Below, piece by piece: positions 55,842 through 64,000 of a stretch of DNA of 64,000 bases. Under the pieces are notes generated by a model. It searched no databases, had not been told where the DNA came from, and worked only from the letters and a program-made list of their open reading frames with translations. The DNA comes from Rhizomicrobium sp. (GTDB lineage Bacteria; Pseudomonadota; Alphaproteobacteria; Micropepsales; Micropepsaceae), in NCBI GenBank assembly GCA_035605955.1, contig DATNGI010000066.1, positions 14,495-78,494 on the forward strand, in the 5' to 3' direction. Position 1 is the first letter of the stretch. Every line of letters starts with the position of its first letter. The translations under genes were made by a program, and so were the position numbers.

Positions 55842-56564
55842 TCAAGCGGCCAAGTCGGCGAAATAGCGCTCCAAATTTTTGGGATTGCTGCTCCAAAGGT
55901 CGGACAGCTGTTTCGAGGTCGGATCGGGATAGATGTCTTCCTGGCCCGCGATGATACCTTTGACGATTTCCTCGGCGGCATGATCGGGCGTGGCTTTGTC
56001 GAGGGTGAGATTCTTCGCTAGATCGGTGTCGATGGGGCCGGGGAAAATGCCCACGACGCGGATGTTCTTCGGCTTCAGTGCCGTGCGCGCCGCCTGGGTG
56101 GCGGAGAACAGCGCCGCCTTGGACGCGCAATAGCCGGCGATCGCGGGCACCGAGGCCAGGCTCACCACGCTGGCGACATTGGCGATCAGTCCGCCGCCCC
56201 GCTTTTCCAGCACGGGCGCGAATTCCTGCATCATGCGCACCGCGCCGTAGAAATTCACATCCATATCGACCGCCAGATCGGCAGGCGACACGGTGAAGAG
56301 GTCCGCGGAATGCATCACCCCGGCATTGTTGATCAGGGCATCGATATCGCCGGCCTTTTGCGCGGCAGCTGACACCTGCACCGGCTTGGTGACGTCAAGC
56401 GCAAGCGGAGTGACCCGCGTGTCGGCGAAATCGGGCAGCGCGGCAGGATTGCGGGCGCCCGTATAGATCTTGGCCGCGCCGGCTTTCAGAAGGGCGCGCA
56501 CCAGAGCCGCGCCGATGCCGCGATTGGCGCCCGTGATCAGAACTGTCTTGTTGCGGATGTCCAT
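55842..56564 (-). CDS. SDR family oxidoreductase
   Basis: TGANRGIG, NNAG and YCASK motifs; RBS AAGGGA. Confidence 0.95.
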   Translation of the reverse strand: MDIRNKTVLITGANRGIGAALVRALLKAGAAKIYTGARNPAALPDFADTRVTPLALDVTKPVQVSAAAQKAGDIDALINNAGVMHSADLFTVSPADLAVDMDVNFYGAVRMMQEFAPVLEKRGGGLIANVASVVSLASVPAIAGYCASKAALFSATQAARTALKPKNIRVVGIFPGPIDTDLAKNLTLDKATPDHAAEEIVKGIIAGQEDIYPDPTSKQLSDLWSSNPKNLERYFADLAA

Positions 56565-56768
56565 GCTGTTTCCCTTTTCGAATGTCTCTGTGCGCCTTGC
56601 GGCCCGTGACGATGTAGGAAGCCTTGGCCGGAACGAAAAGAGTATATGCTCCGATTTAATCATGAGACGGGCATGGTTGTCGTAAATGACATTAAATATG
56701 TCGTTTGCGCCAATGGCGGTCGCGCGCCGGCGCGCCTAAGTTCGCAATTGGGCGGTGCGTCCTGACTG

Positions 56769-56883
56769 AGGCCCGCCTCCCCGCGCATGCGAGGCATGCT
56801 GGTGGGGGAGGTGCCCGTAGCAGCGCTTATTGCGCAGCAGCGAGAGCCGGTGCGCAAAAGTAAGCTGCGAAGGGCGGAGGGGG
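56769..56883 (+). repeat. Intergenic repeat family B, copy 2
   Basis: Aligns with the reverse complement of 17234-17348. Confidence 0.9.
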
Positions 56884-56965
56884 TAACAAAAAGTTTTCCG
56901 CTTGCAAAGCACGGAAAGAGCATATACTCCTAAATAAGGGGATATGCCCGTAAGCCGGGCTCCCA

Positions 56966-57427
56966 TTGCGGAGTGTGTGTTTGACGGAGGAATTCGCTTG
57001 GAACGGGGGAGGCGAGGATCATTGCGCGGCTTTGAGGAGCGCCGCGCGACGCATCACGGAATTTTATGACCGTTTCCTGAAGCCCAGCGGCCTGACGGCG
57101 ACGCAGTTTTTTGTGCTGGTGGCGGTGGATGCGGGCGAAGACGTGTCGATCAAAGAGATCGCGGCGCGGTTTGTGATGAACCGGACGACCGCCACGCGAT
57201 GTCTGCAAGGTTTGGAGGCTGCGGGACTGGTGCGCATGGAAGGCTCGACCAGCGACAAGCGCGCCCTGACATTGGCCGTGACCGCCAAGGGCGAACGCGC
57301 GCTGAAAAGGGCGGTGCCGCTGTGGAGACACGCGCAAGCCGCCATCGACAAGAGCAACGGGCCGGAATTCGCGAAAGCGCTTAGGGCGGCGCTCAACGGC
57401 ATCAAGCTCGAAGACCCGCCCAACTGA
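56966..57427 (+). CDS. MarR family regulator
   Basis: C....LR.AAR.IT..YD..L.P.GL..TQF..L; ..DKRA..L..T.KG; start uncertain; divergent from the SDR gene. Confidence 0.92.
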   Translation: MRSVCLTEEFAWNGGGEDHCAALRSAARRITEFYDRFLKPSGLTATQFFVLVAVDAGEDVSIKEIAARFVMNRTTATRCLQGLEAAGLVRMEGSTSDKRALTLAVTAKGERALKRAVPLWRHAQAAIDKSNGPEFAKALRAALNGIKLEDPPN

Positions 57428-57455
57428 AAACAGTAGGACGGAAGATTTGAAAGGG

Positions 57456-59063
57456 ATGAAACAGGTGCACGAGATAGACAATCTGAATGTGTCGCGGCGC
57501 TCGCTGCTCAAAGCCATCGGGCTCACCGCCGGCGTCGGCGCCATGTACCAGACCATGGTGGAGATGGGCTATGCCGCGAATTCCGATTTCACCGGCCCGG
57601 TCACACTGTCACCCGCGCCCGCAGGCGCGACGGTTCTGATCCTGGGCGCGGGCATCGCGGGCATGGTGGCGGCCTATGAGATGCGCAAGGCCGGCTATCG
57701 GGTGCAGATCCTGGAATATAACGACCGGCCCGGCGGGCGAAACTGGTCGCTCCAGGCCGGCGACAGCTATACCGAACTGGGCGGGCGCACCCAGAAAGTC
57801 GATTTCGCGCCGGGGCAATATTTCAATCCCGGCCCGTGGCGGCTGCCTTATCACCATCAGGGCATCCTGCATTACACCAAGATGCTGAATGTGCCGCTGG
57901 AAAGCTTCGTCCAGTACAACAACGCCACTTATGTGCATTCGACCAAGGCGTTCGGCGGCAAGCCCATGCGCTTCCGCGAAGTGCAAGCCGATTATGACGG
58001 CTATACCGCCGAGCTGCTCGCCAAGGCCACCAACAAGAACGCCCTGGACGACACGCTGGGCAAGGACGAGAAAGACGCGCTCTTGCGCATGCTGAAAAGT
58101 TGGGGCGCGCTGGATGCCAATTACGAATATAAAAAGGGTGAAGCCTCCAGCGATTTTCGCGGTTATGACGTGCCGCCGGGCGGCGGCGTGCGCGAGCCGG
58201 AATTCTCCGATCCCATGCCGCGCAAGGAGCTGCATGAGTCGAACCTCTGGGTCGGGCGCTATTTTCCCAAGCAGTGGGATTTCCAGGGCCAGATGTTTCA
58301 GCCGGTTGGCGGTATGGGCCAGATCGGCAAGGCCTTCGGCAAGCTCTTGGATGGCGTGATCAAATATGACTGCAAGGTCACCAACATCCACCAGGACGAC
58401 AAGGGCGTCGCTGTCACTTATGTGAACACCAAGACGGGCGGGACGCCGCAGACGGCCAAGGCCGACTGGTGTGTCTGCACCATTCCCGCCTCGATCTTAA
58501 GCCAGATTCCCATGAATGTGGGGGCGCCGATGCGCACCGCCATCGACTCGCTGCCTTACATTCCCGCCGCGAAAGTGGGGCTGCAATTCAAGCGCCGCTT
58601 CTGGGAAGAAGACGACAATATCTATGGCGGCAATTCCTATACCGACCAGTCGATCTTCAACATCAGCTATCCCAGCCACGGCTTCTTCGAGAAGGGACCG
58701 GCAGTGCTTTTGGGCGCTTACGTCTATCGCACCGGCGCGTCGGTCTATAATTTCGAGGCGATGCAGGCGCCGGAAATGATCGAGGCGGCGCTGGAGCAGG
58801 GCTCCAAGATCCATCCGCAATATCGCCAGGAATTCATGAGCGGCGTGGCGGTGGCCTGGCATCGCGTGCCCTGGACGCTTGGCTGTTCCGGCGGCTGGTC
58901 GCAGGAGAACCGGCAGAAGAATTACGCCGCCATGTGTTCGCTGGATAATCGCATCGTGCTGGCGGGCGAACATTGCTCGCGCTTGATGGCGTGGCAGGAG
59001 GGTTCGGTGCTCTCCGCGCTGGACGCGATCCAGCGCCTGCACAAGCGCGCCGTGACGGCTTAA
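57456..59063 (+). CDS. Flavin monoamine oxidase / L-amino acid oxidase family, Tat-type leader
   Basis: SRRSLLK leader; GAGIAG; R.GGR; N.GPWR.P.HH; QP.GGM..I; LAGEH; QEG. Confidence 0.92.
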   Translation: MKQVHEIDNLNVSRRSLLKAIGLTAGVGAMYQTMVEMGYAANSDFTGPVTLSPAPAGATVLILGAGIAGMVAAYEMRKAGYRVQILEYNDRPGGRNWSLQAGDSYTELGGRTQKVDFAPGQYFNPGPWRLPYHHQGILHYTKMLNVPLESFVQYNNATYVHSTKAFGGKPMRFREVQADYDGYTAELLAKATNKNALDDTLGKDEKDALLRMLKSWGALDANYEYKKGEASSDFRGYDVPPGGGVREPEFSDPMPRKELHESNLWVGRYFPKQWDFQGQMFQPVGGMGQIGKAFGKLLDGVIKYDCKVTNIHQDDKGVAVTYVNTKTGGTPQTAKADWCVCTIPASILSQIPMNVGAPMRTAIDSLPYIPAAKVGLQFKRRFWEEDDNIYGGNSYTDQSIFNISYPSHGFFEKGPAVLLGAYVYRTGASVYNFEAMQAPEMIEAALEQGSKIHPQYRQEFMSGVAVAWHRVPWTLGCSGGWSQENRQKNYAAMCSLDNRIVLAGEHCSRLMAWQEGSVLSALDAIQRLHKRAVTA

Positions 59064-59077
59064 GGCGGGAGGACACT

Positions 59078-59473
59078 ATGACAACCAACAAGGCATTTTC
59101 CGTTTTGCTGTTCGCGGCGACGTCGTTGGTGGCGACGCCGGCAGTGACGCCAGCTTGGGCGCAGCTGGGACCGCAGACCCTCACGCAACGCGGCGGCGAA
59201 GCGATCTACAAAGGCGTCTGCCAGGACTGTCACATGCCGGACGGCAAGGGCGCTGTCGGCGCGGCAGCCTATCCGGCGCTGACGAGCAACAAGAAGCTGG
59301 CGGAAGCGGGTTATCCGCTGTCGGTGGTGTTGGGCGGCCTGCACTCCATGCCGGCTTTCGCCAAATCCTTCGACGATCAGCAGATCGCCGACATCGTCAA
59401 TTACATCCGCACGAATTTCGGCAACCACTATAAGGACAAGGTCACGCCGGAGCAGGTGAAGAGCGCACGCTGA
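59078..59473 (+). CDS. Periplasmic cytochrome c
   Basis: Signal peptide; CQDCH heme motif; YP.L and MP.F...DDQQIA..VNYIRTNFGN. Confidence 0.95.
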   Translation: MTTNKAFSVLLFAATSLVATPAVTPAWAQLGPQTLTQRGGEAIYKGVCQDCHMPDGKGAVGAAAYPALTSNKKLAEAGYPLSVVLGGLHSMPAFAKSFDDQQIADIVNYIRTNFGNHYKDKVTPEQVKSAR

Positions 59474-59491
59474 CATTGAGATTTGTCGCTC

Positions 59492-59500
59492 TGTTACTCT
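59492..59500 (+). promoter_or_regulatory. Possible extended -10 promoter
   Basis: TG-T-TACTCT (TGnTAnnnT) directly upstream of the candidate sRNA. Confidence 0.35.
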
Positions 59501-59506
59501 GTTCCG

Positions 59507-59619
59507 GGCAGAGCGGCGGATAAGGCTTCTGTTCGCCCACCCCCCTTTCCAAGGCGAGCGGATGCCCTCAAGGGACGCCGTCCGGAGACCCTCCCCAGAG
59601 TGCCGGACGGCGTCTTTTT
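59507..59619 (+). ncRNA. Candidate small RNA with two C-rich (anti-SD-like) loops and a terminator
   Basis: Stem 59529-37/59553-61 with loop CACCCCCCTTTCCAA; 12-bp stem 59574-85/59603-14 with loop containing CCCTCCCC; T5 tail. Confidence 0.45.
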
Positions 59620-59634
59620 ATTTTCCCTTTTTAC

Positions 59635-59692
59635 GCCCTACCGCTTCGCTATTTGAGGGCTTTTTTGCTCTACCGCTTCGCTACATGAGGGC
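59635..59692. repeat. Two tandem GCGAAGC-containing hairpin units (period 32)
   Basis: CTACCGCTTCGCTA(TT/CA)TGAGGGC at 59638 and 59670. Confidence 0.75.
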
Positions 59693-59775
59693 GGGTACCG
59701 ATTTGAGCGCAAGCGCCGGAGTGAAGCGGCGGCGCGCAGAGGTCATGGTCAGTGTCCAACATTTGGAGACCTGTC

Positions 59776-60318
59776 ATGACATCAACGTCCGAAATTATCC
59801 GATACGGCTTTGGCAACAGCGATCTTGGCGCGGTGCTGGTGGCCGAAAGCGGCAAAGGTGTCGTCGCACTTTTTCTTGGCGATGATCCGGCAAGACTTCT
59901 CGGCGATCTCAGGCAGGCTTTCCCGAAAGCCAAGCTGGTCCTCGATCCGGCGGCCCTAGCTGAAAGCATCGCCAAGGCGGTGGCGCTGGCGAACGCGCCG
60001 CATCTGGAAAGCGATCTCACACTCGATCTGCGCGGCTCGCCCTTGGAACGCGCGGTGTGGAAAGCCTTGCAGACGATTCCGGCGGGTGAGACGCGTAGCT
60101 ATGGCCAGCTGGTGCGCGAGCTTAAACTTCCCGCCACTGCCCAGGATGTGGGCGCGGCTTGCGCCGCCAATCGCATCGCCATCGCCATCCCCTGTCATCG
60201 GGTGGTCAAAGCCGATGGTTCCCTGGCCGGCTATCGCTGGGGCGTCTGGCGCAAGCGCCGACTCATAAACCGGGAAGGCGTGGCGCGGCCCGCTTTCGCC
60301 GGCATGGGGATGCTCTAA
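59776..60318 (+). CDS. ogt: Methylated-DNA--protein-cysteine methyltransferase (Ogt/Ada C-terminal type)
   Basis: LDLRGS.....VW.AL..IP.GET.SY; V..ACAAN.IAI.IPCHRVV..DG.L.GYRWG. Confidence 0.92.
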   Translation: MTSTSEIIRYGFGNSDLGAVLVAESGKGVVALFLGDDPARLLGDLRQAFPKAKLVLDPAALAESIAKAVALANAPHLESDLTLDLRGSPLERAVWKALQTIPAGETRSYGQLVRELKLPATAQDVGAACAANRIAIAIPCHRVVKADGSLAGYRWGVWRKRRLINREGVARPAFAGMGML

Positions 60319-60527
60319 GCCTCAAATAAATGTGCGCGGCCCCGAAAAACCACTGTAAACGTGCCGAAATGACCCCGGCGGGCGGCCCCTCGCGCTTGCC
60401 ACCCGCCCGGGGCAGGCATAGCCTTCCGCACGGTCAATATGCCTGCCTCTCGCGTGGGCCATGATTTGCCCCGCCCTGGCATCGCTCGTGTTTGCCTTGA
60501 ATCCGGAACCTTTGGGGAGACTGCCGA

Positions 60528-61688
60528 ATGACACATCTTATCCGTCCAGAAATACAAGACGATCTCTTGAGCCGGGGTTATTCCCGCCGCCAGATGTTTC
60601 GCACCGCGATGATGCTTGCGGGCGGGGCGGCAGCGCTCAGTCTCAATAGCGAAATGGCGTTCGCCGCGGATGACGACGACGCCAGAATGATCCGCATCGG
60701 CTCCAACGAATGCTGGACCGGCCCCATGGCGCCCGGCCTGGCGGCGGGCAATGCCGCTTTCGTCAACGCCAACCGCTATTCGCCCAATGGCGAGCATGAG
60801 AAGCTGATCAAGGCGATCTCCACGGTCGAGAACGTCCCGGTCGATCATATCGGCATCTATCCCGGCTCGGGCGAAACCCTGACGCGCACACTTGTCGCCT
60901 TCTGCTCGCCCACCAAGGGGCTGGTGCAGGCCTCGCCGACCTATGACAACCCGACCCCGGTCGCCAAATATCTCAATGTGCCGATCGCCAACGTGGCGCT
61001 GACCTCGGACTATCGCCATGACGTCAAGGCGATGGCGGCGGCCAATCCCAATGCCGGCGTGTTTTATGTCGTCAACCCCAACAACCCCACCGGCACCATG
61101 ACGCCGATGTCGGAGATCGAATGGTTGGTGGACAACAAGCCCGCCGGCGCGGTGGTCCTGATCGACGAAGCCTATATCCACTGGACTCCGGAATATCCCA
61201 AAAACTCCGCCGCCCATCTGGTGCGGGCGGGCAAGGACGTCATCATCACGCGCACCTTCTCCAAAGTGTTCGGCATGGCCGGCGCGCGGGTGGGCTATGT
61301 GATGGCGCGGCCGGACCTTGTGAAGAAGGTGGAAGTGTATGACCGCGGCAACGGGCCTTCCATCCCGACCGCGGCTTGCGCCACTGCCAGCATCACCCAG
61401 ACCGCGCTGATCGCTGCGCGGCGCAACGAAATGATCCAGAACCGCGCCATGACGGTGGATTTCCTCACCAAGCGCGGCATGAAAGTGATCGGCCCCAGCT
61501 TCGCCAACATGATCATGGTGGATTGGAAGACCAAATCCGCCAAGGACATGAACGCGATGTACAAGGCCCAGGGCATCCAGATCGCGGGCAACCGCTGGCC
61601 GGTCTGGCCGACCGTGGGGCGTGTCTCCATCGGCAGCAAGGCCGATATGGAAGCCTTCATCAATGCGTCAGGGAAGATTCTGACTTGA
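60528..61688 (+). CDS. Class I/II PLP aminotransferase (HisC-like) with twin-arginine leader
   Basis: SRRQMF leader; NPNNPTG; DEAY; RTFSK.FG.AG.R.GY. Confidence 0.9.
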   Translation: MTHLIRPEIQDDLLSRGYSRRQMFRTAMMLAGGAAALSLNSEMAFAADDDDARMIRIGSNECWTGPMAPGLAAGNAAFVNANRYSPNGEHEKLIKAISTVENVPVDHIGIYPGSGETLTRTLVAFCSPTKGLVQASPTYDNPTPVAKYLNVPIANVALTSDYRHDVKAMAAANPNAGVFYVVNPNNPTGTMTPMSEIEWLVDNKPAGAVVLIDEAYIHWTPEYPKNSAAHLVRAGKDVIITRTFSKVFGMAGARVGYVMARPDLVKKVEVYDRGNGPSIPTAACATASITQTALIAARRNEMIQNRAMTVDFLTKRGMKVIGPSFANMIMVDWKTKSAKDMNAMYKAQGIQIAGNRWPVWPTVGRVSIGSKADMEAFINASGKILT

Positions 61689-61701
61689 TTTGACCCATCC
61701 C

Positions 61702-61786
61702 AGGCCCGCCGCCCCCGCGCATGCAAAGCATGCTATCGGGGGAGGTGGCCGTAGCAATCTCTCGAGGTTGCGTAGGCCGGAGGGGG
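61702..61786 (+). repeat. Intergenic repeat family B, copy 3 (short form)
   Basis: AGGCCCGCC..CCCCGCGCATGC-AAA-GCATGC..GGGGGAGGTG.CCGTAGCA..TGCG.AGG.CGGAGGGGG; central hairpin replaced. Confidence 0.8.
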
Positions 61787-61797
61787 CAAAAAACATC

Positions 61798-61828
61798 AAG
61801 CGCTCCCTCTCCCGAGGGGGCGCTTTTT
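61798..61828 (+). terminator. Intrinsic terminator
   Basis: AAGCGCTCCCTC-TCCC-GAGGGGGCGCTT followed by a T run. Confidence 0.65.
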
Positions 61829-61857
61829 GTTTGGGCTGCCCAACGAAGGAAGAAAGT

Positions 61858-63318
61858 ATGGCGGAGCCAACAGGAGATACTGCCTCGCCTCGCCTGCACC
61901 GGCGGCTCTCGCCATTCGGGGTCTGGCTGTTGGCGCTCTCCTGCCTGTCGCCGGTTTTTTCCATCTATGGCGTGGGCGGCGATGTGCTGGCGCATGCCGG
62001 CACCGGGACCGCCTTGCTTTTCCTGGGGGGATTGGGCGCGGCGCTGCTCTGGGGCTTTGTCTATGCCGAACTGGGTTCGGCCTTTCCCTATGCCGGCGGC
62101 GATTATGTCGGGGTCGGCCGCACCTTGGGCGGATGGGCCGGCGCCGCCACCCTGGCGCTTTGGGTCGCCACCACCGGGCCATCCATTGCGTTCCAATGCC
62201 AAATCGCGGCCACCTATGCCGGCGAGCTGTTGCACGGTGTGCCAGTCTCGCTTCTGACATTCGTCCTCTTGGCGGCGGCCACGGCGGTGGCGCTTTTGGG
62301 CGTGCGCACCAGCACCGCGGTGACCGGCGTCTTCCTCGCGCTCGAGATGATCGCCGTGGTCACGTTGATCGCCTGCGGCTTCTGGCATCCCGTGCGGGGA
62401 CCGGAGATTTTGCTTCAGCCGCCGCGCGCGCTGGCGGGCGGTGTGATGGCGCCGCTGGCTTTCGGCGCCCTGATGTCGGCCCTGGTCAATGCCGCCTTTG
62501 GCACGGTCGGCGGCAACCAGGCGATCTATTTCGGGGAAGAATTGCGCGACCCGCACCGGAATATGGGACGGGTGATCATCGCGGCCGCGATGACCGGCGG
62601 CTTCGCCATCGCCTTGCCGGTGATCGCGGTGACGATCGGCGCGCGCGATCTGCCTGCCGTGCTGGCCAGTCCCGCGCCATTCGCGACCTTTGTTTCGGAA
62701 CTGCTCGGCCCCTGGGCGGCGCAAGCGCTCAGCGCTGCCGTGGTGGTGGCGATCTTCAACGCCGTCATCGCCACCATCATGATGGGGGCGCGGCTTCTGT
62801 TCAGCATCGCGCGCGACGGCTTGATGCCCGGCGCGGTCAACCAATTGCTGTCGGCGGTGGGATCACGCACCGGTGTGCCGCGCGCCGCGACCTTGGCAAT
62901 GGTGGCGTTTTCCGCGTTCTGCTGCCTTCTGGCGTCGCATCTGTTGCTGGCCGTCATGAGCGGTTTGGTCGTCTATGGCTGGGGCATGGTCTGTCTGGCG
63001 GTGCTGATCGGCCATCGCAAGGGCCTGACCGGAACCGCGCATCTGTGGCGCGCGCCGCTTTATCCCCTGGCGCCGCTTCTGGGTCTCTTGATGGCGGCGG
63101 GATTTGCCGCGGCCAATCTGGCCGATGCCGAAGCCGGCCGTCCCAGCCTGATCCTGCTGGGCCTGGTCATGGGCGCGGCTATTGTCTGGTATCATCTGGT
63201 TCTGAAGAAACGCGGCTGGCAACCCAGCATTTCCGATATCGGACAGGCGCATGGTCCGGTCAGCCAGGATCCGTTGCCCGTGACGGGCACGGCTGTTCCC
63301 GGAACGCGCGGGGCCTAG
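61858..63318 (+). CDS. APC family amino acid permease
   Basis: YAELGSAFP.AGG.Y, EE..DP.RN and ARL.FS.ARDG..P motifs; ~12 TM segments. Confidence 0.92.
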   Translation: MAEPTGDTASPRLHRRLSPFGVWLLALSCLSPVFSIYGVGGDVLAHAGTGTALLFLGGLGAALLWGFVYAELGSAFPYAGGDYVGVGRTLGGWAGAATLALWVATTGPSIAFQCQIAATYAGELLHGVPVSLLTFVLLAAATAVALLGVRTSTAVTGVFLALEMIAVVTLIACGFWHPVRGPEILLQPPRALAGGVMAPLAFGALMSALVNAAFGTVGGNQAIYFGEELRDPHRNMGRVIIAAAMTGGFAIALPVIAVTIGARDLPAVLASPAPFATFVSELLGPWAAQALSAAVVVAIFNAVIATIMMGARLLFSIARDGLMPGAVNQLLSAVGSRTGVPRAATLAMVAFSAFCCLLASHLLLAVMSGLVVYGWGMVCLAVLIGHRKGLTGTAHLWRAPLYPLAPLLGLLMAAGFAAANLADAEAGRPSLILLGLVMGAAIVWYHLVLKKRGWQPSISDIGQAHGPVSQDPLPVTGTAVPGTRGA

Positions 63319-63368
63319 GTGCATTCCTCTCTTGCGGGGCACCGACTTCAGAAGCGAAAGGACAAGCC

Positions 63369-63848
63369 ATGACAATCGCCAAGAACACGATTTGCCTATG
63401 GTACGACAAGGATGCCGAGGCCGCGGCCCGCTTCTATGCCGAGACTTTTCCCGACAGCGCGGTGACGGCTGTCCACCGCGCGCCAACCGATTATCCGTCC
63501 GGCAAGGCGGGCGATGTGTTGACCGTGGATTTCAAGGTCGTCGGCATTCCCTGCCTGGGCCTCAATGGCGGACCCGCCTTCAAGCACAATGAAGCCTTCT
63601 CGTTTCAGATCGCCACGGAAAATCAGGAAGAGACCGACCGCTATTGGAACGCCATTGTCGGCAATGGCGGCCAGGAAAGCGCTTGCGGCTGGTGCAAGGA
63701 TCGCTGGGGACTCTCCTGGCAGATCACGCCCAGGGTGTTGAGCGAAGCATTGGCGGCGGGCGGCGAGGAAGCCAAACGCGCCTTTACCGCCATGATGGAG
63801 ATGAAAAAAATCGACGTCGCCAAGATCAAGGCGGCGCGGAAGGGGTGA
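63369..63848 (+). CDS. VOC family protein (PhnB / 3-demethylubiquinone methyltransferase-like)
   Basis: CLWYD..AE.AA.FY, LNGGP.F.H.EAFSF and CGWCKDRWG.SWQI.P motifs. Confidence 0.95.
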   Translation: MTIAKNTICLWYDKDAEAAARFYAETFPDSAVTAVHRAPTDYPSGKAGDVLTVDFKVVGIPCLGLNGGPAFKHNEAFSFQIATENQEETDRYWNAIVGNGGQESACGWCKDRWGLSWQITPRVLSEALAAGGEEAKRAFTAMMEMKKIDVAKIKAARKG

Positions 63849-63928
63849 GGAGCGGTTCGCGGCACGCGAACGAATTGATCCGGACGGATCAATTCGAGCG
63901 ACGAACGCCCCGAGCTTGGGCGAGGGGC
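63845..63928 (+). repeat. Structured repeat family A, copy 4
   Basis: GTGAGGAGCGG-TTCGCG.GCA.CGCGAA-CGAATTGATCC.GGAC.GGATCAATTCG-GAACGCCCC-GA-GC-TTGG-GC-GA-GGGGC; its TGA is the VOC stop. Confidence 0.9.
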
Positions 63929-64000
63929 AGGATGAGAGAGAACGCAACAGACGCTCGAAATAGGTATTAAAAAGCAAGGCAAAGGTGCCCGGGGACATGC

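Noticed and set aside
1-64000. tRNA/rRNA genes, IS transposases, integrases, named defence systems
   Set aside because: No cloverleaf/T-loop signatures, rRNA motifs or DDE, tyrosine-recombinase or defence motifs recognised by eye; tRNAscan-SE, ISEScan and DefenseFinder would be decisive

Overview
GC-rich bacterial window. Gene families, intergenic palindromes and an EcfG-type promoter point to an Alphaproteobacterium (inference). I found no rRNA, tRNA, CRISPR array, transposase, integrase or phage structural gene. Most genes encode secreted or envelope proteins and enzymes for peptide, amino-acid and polyamine scavenging. The standout is a ~15 kb cluster (33085-47990) with seven paralogous two-lobed retropepsin-like (aspartyl protease) domains, three BlaI/MecI/CopY repressors with visible palindromic operators, and two BlaR1/M56 metallopeptidase transducers. 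In those transducers the usual extracytoplasmic sensor is replaced by the retropepsin-like module. Six of the seven modules have altered D-T-G catalytic motifs, which suggests ligand-binding pseudoproteases in a one-component envelope-sensing system. Other features include at least three families of structured intergenic repeats (one with hairpin covariation and one copy flanked by a 15-bp direct repeat), a candidate anti-SD sRNA, a DUF2946-barrel-copC-copD copper operon, three GT-C-like membrane proteins behind an acyltransferase remnant, and three Tat-type redox/PLP enzymes. All family calls come from motif recognition by eye; no database searches were run.
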